Part shown: one piece after another, positions 58,412 to 64,000 of the stretch
Layout of the letters: each line of letters starts with the position of its first letter
How positions within the stretch are numbered: the stretch's first letter is position 1
DNA from: an uncultured Eubacteriales bacterium
Lineage (GTDB): Bacteria; Bacillota; Clostridia; Oscillospirales; CAG-272
Reading direction: 5' to 3'
Assembly: GCA_934393265.1 (NCBI GenBank)
Contig: CAKRQL010000013.1
Location: forward strand, 25,082 to 89,081
Length of the DNA stretch: 64,000 nucleotides
Translations under genes and position numbers: made by a program
Notes under the pieces: generated by a model
The model's database searches: none
The model's input: only the letters and a program-made list of their open reading frames with translations
Told to the model about the DNA's origin: nothing

Positions 58412-59490
58412 CAGCTCATCTCCACCTTCATCGGGTCATACTGTCCGAGCGCGTCGCCCGTCACAGAGGAGCGGAGCGTCGCCGCGCCCTCGTCAATGAG
58501 ATTACCGACGTAGTTGTTTATATAGCAGTCGAGCAGCTTTTCCTTTTGCGTGTCGGGGAAGCTGTCAGGCTTGTCGCTTCTGTAAAAGACATAGTAGCCC
58601 TCTGCCTCGATAACGGGGCTGACCTCCCCGTAGCCGAGGGAGAATATCGCCTCGGTTATCTCGGGATAATCGGTGCTTGCGCTGTGTCTGCCGACCACCT
58701 CGCCGTATCTTGCGTCCTCCGCCTCTGTGAGCGAGTTCTGTATAACGACGAGCGAAACCCGCTTATCGTCCCCCGCGGCGTCAAGCATAAGCTTCCGTAT
58801 ATTTTCCGCCTGCTCCGCCGCACCGCTGTGCGCGCTTATGTACGCGCGATACACACGTACACAGTCGTCGCTTTCGTAGAAGGTGCGCAGCTCCTCGTCC
58901 GTCGGCGTGAGCTTCGGCTCAGCCCCCGTGGTCTCGTCCCCGCGAAAACAGGTGTCGAGCATGGAGAGAATAACCGTCTCCTTTATAAGCAGCCTCTGGA
59001 CAGAGTAGTTGAGATTTCTTTTTTTAAGGTCGGAAAGATAGTCGTCATACGAGCCGCCGAAGCCGATAAAGCTCCCGTAGCCCGGTATGTCTCCGCCCTC
59101 GATTGACGCGGCGATGCATTTGTCGACCATCGCCTCGACCTTCTCATCATCAAGATGCTTTTTTCCGAGCGATATTGCAGAGTATATCCTTGCCGCGTCG
59201 GAGATTATCAGATTGTTGAGCCTCTCCCTGTATTCCGCACTCCCGCTACCATCCCAGACGGAGGTGTCCCCGCCGTCAACCTGTGAGCGGCGGCTCAGGA
59301 GCAGAAAGCGATACAGCTCATATTTTACATCATATTTTTCACCGTCGAGAGAGAGGGTAAAGACCGTCTTTTTCTCCTCGTCCGTGCTCTCGACCGCCGG
59401 GTACTTGTTATCCCCAGAGCAGGAGAGGAGCGAAATGGGGCACAGCGCGGCGAGCACCGCTAAAATAAAGCAAAGTATTTTTTTACGCAT
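58411..59490 (-). CDS. PrsA/SurA-like lipoprotein with degenerate parvulin-type PPIase domain
   Basis: Lipobox (..PISLLSC). The C-terminal EITEAIFSLGYGEVSPVIEAEGYYVFYR matches the parvulin F..A.F.L..GE.S.PV....GYH.. pattern. Confidence 0.65.
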   Translation of the reverse strand: MRKKILCFILAVLAALCPISLLSCSGDNKYPAVESTDEEKKTVFTLSLDGEKYDVKYELYRFLLLSRRSQVDGGDTSVWDGSGSAEYRERLNNLIISDAARIYSAISLGKKHLDDEKVEAMVDKCIAASIEGGDIPGYGSFIGFGGSYDDYLSDLKKRNLNYSVQRLLIKETVILSMLDTCFRGDETTGAEPKLTPTDEELRTFYESDDCVRVYRAYISAHSGAAEQAENIRKLMLDAAGDDKRVSLVVIQNSLTEAEDARYGEVVGRHSASTDYPEITEAIFSLGYGEVSPVIEAEGYYVFYRSDKPDSFPDTQKEKLLDCYINNYVGNLIDEGAATLRSSVTGDALGQYDPMKVEMS

Positions 59491-59615
59491 TTGAGAACCT
59501 CCGTGGCACGTCGTGCCTCACGCTCCGTTGAAATCTCTTACCGCCCTATTATATCAAAGCGCGCGCACAAAATCAATACAAATGCGTAACGCGGAGGTAA
59601 AATTTTTCTCCGACC

Positions 59616-59644
59616 TTGAAAAATCCGCGCGCCTGTGGTAAAAT
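59616..59644 (+). promoter_or_regulatory. Sigma-A-type promoter of hprK
   Basis: TTGAAA-17 nt-(TGG)TAAAAT. Confidence 0.55.
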
Positions 59645-59691
59645 GAAATAAAAAAACGCCGGGGAGAGCCCGCGGCGGGTGAGGACGGTAT

Positions 59692-60636
59692 ATGCCACAT
59701 ACCAATAACGACGAATATACGGTACAGCTCTCAAGGGTAATTGAGAGATTCGGTCTTGAAACCATATATCTTCCGGATCTTCCGGAGAACATACTTGTCT
59801 CCTGCACGAGGGTGAACCGCCCGGGGCTTCAGCTCGTCGGCTTCTACGACCATTACGAGCAGGCGAGACTGCAGATAGTAGGAAAGGTTGAAAACCTCTT
59901 TATAAATCAGCTCGACCCGGACGAGAGATCCAGAAGGCTTGAGGACTTCTTCCGCTCCCGTCCTGTCGGCGTCATTGTGACGAGCTCAATTGAGGTGACC
60001 CCGGACACCGTCGCGATAGCAGAGCGGTGCCGCGTCCCGCTCTTGAGGACGAGCCAGAGAACCTCGGAGTTCATGGCGGCGCTTATAGCATATCTGAACG
60101 TCGAGCTCGGACCGCGTATAACGCGCCACGGCGTGCTTGTCGAGGTCTACGGAGAGGGAATACTCCTCCTCGGGGACTCCGGGGTAGGTAAGTCCGAGAC
60201 AGCGATAGAGCTTGTGAAGCGCGGACACCGCCTGATAGCCGACGACGCCGTCGAGATAAAGCGCGTCTCCGCCACCGCCCTTGTCGGCAGGGCGCCGGAG
60301 CTCATCCGGCATTATGTTGAGCTGCGCGGCGTGGGTATAGTAGACGTCCGCCGCCTCTACGGTATGGGCGCGGTAAAGGACACCGAAAATATAGACCTTG
60401 TCGTAAATCTTGAGCCGTGGCAGAGCGGGAAAATGTACGATCGCTTCGGTCTTGATGAACAGACGACTGATATCCTCGGCATAAAGGTGCCGACGATAGT
60501 TATCCCCGTCTCCCCGGGGCGTAACCTCTCGGTGGTTATCGAGGTCGCCGCCATGAACAACAGGCAGAAGCGAATGGGGTATAACACCGCCGTTGAGTTC
60601 AATAAAAAGCTCATGGAGAGCATGAGCGGGGAATAA
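59692..60636 (+). CDS. hprK: HPr kinase/phosphorylase
   Basis: 314 aa. Walker A GDSGVGKSE.A.EL and the LIADD..E signature. Confidence 0.95.
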   Translation: MPHTNNDEYTVQLSRVIERFGLETIYLPDLPENILVSCTRVNRPGLQLVGFYDHYEQARLQIVGKVENLFINQLDPDERSRRLEDFFRSRPVGVIVTSSIEVTPDTVAIAERCRVPLLRTSQRTSEFMAALIAYLNVELGPRITRHGVLVEVYGEGILLLGDSGVGKSETAIELVKRGHRLIADDAVEIKRVSATALVGRAPELIRHYVELRGVGIVDVRRLYGMGAVKDTENIDLVVNLEPWQSGKMYDRFGLDEQTTDILGIKVPTIVIPVSPGRNLSVVIEVAAMNNRQKRMGYNTAVEFNKKLMESMSGE

Positions 60637-60760
60637 TTGTATTCCGTGCTTCAGAGAGCCGCCGGGTCTCCCGGCGGCTTTTTCCTTTTGCCGTAATGTC
60701 ATAATTTCCCATGCAGGCACATAAATTCATAGCGAATAGCCGAAAGGAGGAAATAAGACA

Positions 60761-62299
60761 ATGCAAGAATACAAAACCGAATGTTCAAAAGCGGATATAC
60801 TCTGCGAGTGCGGCAGTGAGTACACTCTCCCGGATTATATGGGGGATATACGGCGGGTCCTCGCCTGCACATCGCGCGCCACACCGTCCGGCAGATTTAT
60901 CGGAAACGGGGAGGTGCAGTGCGCGGGAATTGTGTCGTATGAGCTGCTGTATACCGACCCGGAGGGAAAGCTGTGGTGCGCGCCCTTTACAGCGGATTAT
61001 GAGTTCACGGCGGATATGGGAGACTGCACCTGCTCTGACGCGCAGGTGCATACCCGTGTACAGAATACGACCTGTCGCCCGATAGGTCCGCGCCGCGTGA
61101 ATGTGAAGAGCGTGCTGTCGAGCGACGTGCTGAATACCGAGTGCCGTGAGACGGCTGTGGCCGGCACAGCCTTTGACGGAGACGCGCGCCCCGAGACAGC
61201 GGAGACCACATGCCGCCCGGCATACGCCCTCTACGGGACGAGAGACGAGAGGGAGTACGCGGAGGAGGGAGATGCCTTTGAGGGCGTCCCTGCGGAGGAG
61301 CTTGAGATTGTCGGCAGCTTCGGCACCGCCACTGTGCGTGAGGCTCTCTGCGGAGATGACTTTGTGACCCTGCGCGGGGATATAGAGGTTTCCGCCCTTG
61401 TGCGCCACGCGGATGAGCCGCCGTTCCCCGCGAAAAAAATAATACGCTTTGATGAGACCGTCCCGCTCCCCGGGGCGAGGGCGGATATGTGTGCCGACGG
61501 TGCAGCCGTTATAACCTCCGCCACCTGCACGACCGGAAGCAGTGACGGCGGGGACGCAGTGCTTAAATTCGGCGCAATAGCCGAGTTTTCCGCCGCCGCG
61601 AGGGCAAACGGCGAGATAACCGTGATAACCGACGCCTACGACCGCGATGCGGGTTGCGTGTGCGAGTACGGAAGGCTTACATACCGCGAGCTCGTCGATT
61701 GCCGCTGTATGAGCATTACCGCGAGCGCGGACGCCCCGCGTGAGGATTGCTCTGCGGAGGATGTGCGGGACGTTATATTCTCCTCCCCGGACCTCAAAAA
61801 TTACGCCGTGCACTCGGCTTTGGACGGAGTGCATATAGAGGGAAATATCGTATATACCGGAATAGGGGTGACACAGGATGATAACGGGAAATTTGCATAT
61901 AAGACCCTGCGCTTTGAATATCCGATAGACGAGACCGTCCGCGTAAAGGTCCCGGCAGACAACCCGGAGATATCCGTCCGTCTGGTTCCCGCGGGGGCAG
62001 AGGCGACGCTTGACTCCGCGCGGCTCTATGTCCATACAACCCTGCAGCTTGACCTTGCCACCTATTCGGGTCGAGAGTGCGAAATTCTCCTCTCCTGCGA
62101 TAAGGCAGACGGCACCCCCGCGCGGGAGCCCGGGGTGATAACCGTATATTATCCCGACCGCACAGACACGCTCTGGAGCGTCGCGAAGAGGTATCGTATC
62201 CCCGCGGCGAGGCTCGCGGCGGACAACAACCTGTCGGCAGAGTGCGCGGCGACAGAGAGCGGCTCGCTCGCAGGCGTTAAAAAACTGATAATCAGATAA
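60761..62299 (+). CDS. DUF3794 + C-terminal LysM protein (SpoVID/SipL-like coat-assembly candidate)
   Basis: 512 aa. The C-terminal YYPDRTDTLWSVAKRYRIPAARLAADNNL fits a LysM domain. The N-terminal region resembles the DUF3794 repeat proteins of sporeformers. Confidence 0.7.
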   Translation: MQEYKTECSKADILCECGSEYTLPDYMGDIRRVLACTSRATPSGRFIGNGEVQCAGIVSYELLYTDPEGKLWCAPFTADYEFTADMGDCTCSDAQVHTRVQNTTCRPIGPRRVNVKSVLSSDVLNTECRETAVAGTAFDGDARPETAETTCRPAYALYGTRDEREYAEEGDAFEGVPAEELEIVGSFGTATVREALCGDDFVTLRGDIEVSALVRHADEPPFPAKKIIRFDETVPLPGARADMCADGAAVITSATCTTGSSDGGDAVLKFGAIAEFSAAARANGEITVITDAYDRDAGCVCEYGRLTYRELVDCRCMSITASADAPREDCSAEDVRDVIFSSPDLKNYAVHSALDGVHIEGNIVYTGIGVTQDDNGKFAYKTLRFEYPIDETVRVKVPADNPEISVRLVPAGAEATLDSARLYVHTTLQLDLATYSGRECEILLSCDKADGTPAREPGVITVYYPDRTDTLWSVAKRYRIPAARLAADNNLSAECAATESGSLAGVKKLIIR

Positions 62300-62320
62300 A
62301 ACCGGAAAAACAGTACCTGC

Positions 62321-62358
62321 GCCGGCTTGCGGAATTACCGTGAGCCGGCTTTGATTTT
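62321..62358 (+). terminator. Rho-independent terminator
   Basis: GCCGGCT...AGCCGGC followed by TTTGATTTT. Confidence 0.65.
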
Positions 62359-62441
62359 ATTACGGTTGATTTTTTCGCTGATATGTGATAGAATGAATAA
62401 AAAAGCTTGACCGGCGGATATGAGCCGGGGCGGAGGATAAT

Positions 62442-63206
62442 ATGACAAAGAGAAAGGCAACGCTGACGGTTATCATCGTCGCATTGGTGGCGAGCGCGAT
62501 ATTTATACCGTCCTGCGTCGGTATCATAGTGTCGCTCAGCGGGAGTGTCACGCCGTCAGGCGATAAACTCTACGACAAGGTTCTGCCGGTTTACGAGGGA
62601 TACGAAAAAATAGTGGAGGAGAAACTCTCCGTCATCGGCTATGACAGCACTAAAATAGAAAAAACAACGAACAGGGACGGGCGCGACAGTGTCGGGAGCG
62701 CGTATTACTGCTCACTGACGACTACGTATAAGGTCCCCGGCGCAACCTACAGAATAAATGTTGCTTTCAGTGGATTTGACAGTGACGAGCCGGTGAATGC
62801 CGGGCTGAACTTCACCGCCGATTACGGCCTCGGAAACCGGGCGGAGCTTCTGACGCTCTTCTATTCGGAGGGAATACCGATTGGCTCGGCTCTTATGAAG
62901 GCGTGCGACTCCGTCGCCGCGCGCACATACTCCGGAGATGTATCGGATACGGTGGACATCGCCGTCCGCGGCTATGACAGCGCGCGCGCCGACGGCAGGC
63001 TTAAAACAGGAGAGTCCTATACCGCGATGTGTGACGCCGCAGGAGCGAACCATACCGCGGGTATCTCGGCATGGGAGGACGGACAGTGCGAAGTCGTTGT
63101 CACCACCTATGTCAGCTATGAGCTGACAATAGACAGCGGCAAAACGGAAACCACACCCGGAGAAGGGGAGAGCACAACCCCGCCGAAGGAAACACACGAT
63201 TTCTGA
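62442..63206 (+). CDS. Hypothetical membrane-anchored protein
   Basis: 254 aa with an N-terminal TM helix and an extracytoplasmic domain with no recognisable motif. A TTGATT-17-TAGAAT promoter-like sequence lies upstream. Confidence 0.6.
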   Translation: MTKRKATLTVIIVALVASAIFIPSCVGIIVSLSGSVTPSGDKLYDKVLPVYEGYEKIVEEKLSVIGYDSTKIEKTTNRDGRDSVGSAYYCSLTTTYKVPGATYRINVAFSGFDSDEPVNAGLNFTADYGLGNRAELLTLFYSEGIPIGSALMKACDSVAARTYSGDVSDTVDIAVRGYDSARADGRLKTGESYTAMCDAAGANHTAGISAWEDGQCEVVVTTYVSYELTIDSGKTETTPGEGESTTPPKETHDF

Positions 63207-63262
63207 TACACCGCCGCTGAATGGTGCCATGAAATTCTGACTTCACTATACGAAATAAAATT

Positions 63263-63292
63263 CCCCCGCGGCGGATTTTTCCGCCGCGGGGG
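63263..63292. terminator. Bidirectional GC-rich hairpin terminator
   Basis: CCCCCGCGGCGG-ATTTTT-CCGCCGCGGGGG between convergent genes. Confidence 0.7.
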
Positions 63293-63298
63293 CTATCT

Positions 63299-64000
63299 TT
63301 ATTCGAGTGTTATCTTCGATACTCCGATGTCGGATCTGCCGAGGACTTTGATGATGTTCATAAGAAGCTCCATCTCCTCCTCGGGGAATTTCAGGAAATC
63401 GAGAACGACCGTGCTGTTGTCGGGAATTGTCGCCTTGACCCTGATGTACACATCCTCCTTGTGGAAGTACTTCATCGTCGAGGATATGAGGTCCTGTATG
63501 CGCTTTGTAACGTTCGGGTCGACGGGGTAGCGGAACATGAGCTTAACGACCTTGCGCACGTATGTATAGGTGCGCGCCTTTTCCGCCTCGGCTCTCGCCC
63601 TTGCCGCCGCCTCCGCTTTGGCTCTCGCCTCCGCCTCGGCTCTTGCGGCGATTTCCGCCTTTGCTCTCGCCTCTTCTTCGGCTTTCGCCGCCGCCTCGGC
63701 TCTTGCTCTCGCCTCCGCCTCTATCTTCGCCCGTGCTTCCGCCTCGGCGCGGAGCCTTGCGCGCTCCTCTTCCTCGGCGCGGCGGCGTTCCTCCTCGAGT
63801 CTCTGCTGCTCGGCGAGCCTTGCCTCGGCTTCCGCCCTTGCGCGCTCCTCGGCGCGCCTTTGCGCCTCGAGATGCTCTCGCTCAAGCCGCGCGCGCTCTT
63901 CCTCGAGCGACTTTCTTGCCGCCTCGGCTATGAGCTCGCGCTCGCGCTGCTCCTGCTTCGCCCTTGCCTCTATCTCGGCTTTGAGCTTTGCGGTCTCCTC
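63299..64000 (-). CDS. Protein with long Glu/Ala/Arg/Lys-rich coiled-coil region and an 86-aa C-terminal globular domain (5' end outside the window)
   Basis: My hand translation shows the minus frame of the tracked 63299-63559 ORF stays open, with no stop and no start codon, up to base 64000 (..[29 protein letters not shown]..). The gene is therefore partial. Confidence 0.7.
   Translation of the reverse strand, partial: EETAKLKAEIEARAKQEQRERELIAEAARKSLEEERARLEREHLEAQRRAEERARAEAEARLAEQQRLEEERRRAEEEERARLRAEAEARAKIEAEARARAEAAAKAEEEARAKAEIAARAEAEARAKAEAAARARAEAEKARTYTYVRKVVKLMFRYPVDPNVTKRIQDLISSTMKYFHKEDVYIRVKATIPDNSTVVLDFLKFPEEEMELLMNIIKVLGRSDIGVSKITLE

Noticed and set aside
63562-63933. 123-aa Pro/Leu/Arg-rich plus-strand ORF.
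   Set aside because: It is the antisense reading of the Glu/Ala/Arg-rich coiled-coil gene on the minus strand. It has no RBS or signal sequence.

Overview
GC-rich chromosomal segment of a spore-forming, Clostridia-type Firmicute (sigG, spoIVB, a DUF3794/LysM coat-assembly-like protein, HPr kinase). All homology calls come from reading the translations; nothing was computed or searched. Most of the window is housekeeping. It holds a complete 10-gene F1Fo ATP synthase operon (atpZ-like, atpI, atpBEFHAGDC; 2914-10338, minus) whose c subunit carries a Na+-type two-carboxylate motif. It also holds a contiguous 7-gene nucleoside salvage/catabolism operon (tdk-deoC-deoD-deoB-cdd-pdp-udk; 10822-16619, minus). 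Other core genes are topB, three MATE exporters, an ABC pair, RNA modification/editing genes (rlmD-like, RluA-family, rlmI, AlaX-like), pyrR translationally coupled to fhs, tRNA-Glu(CUC) and a PhoB/PhoR-like two-component pair. Non-core material: (i) a 1,736-aa signal-peptide surface protein (33391-38601) with many MBG/'YDG', Ig-like and List-Bact-type repeats, one C-terminal TM helix and, unexpectedly, a cytoplasmic ribosomal uL15-like tail; (ii) an AT-rich Bro-N/Fic cassette (about 30960-31990); (iii) two tandem paralogous lipoprotein genes with duplicated consensus promoters, followed by a secreted metzincin with a CxxC-rich C-terminal half, partly in an AT-rich island (50330-54000); (iv) tRNA-Glu flanked by direct and inverted fragments of its own 3' half, which looks like an integration scar; (v) a 25-nt element repeated three times upstream of spoIVB; (vi) an untracked 31-codon Cys-rich ORF after topB. 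No CRISPR array, rRNA, transposase or integrase gene was seen.
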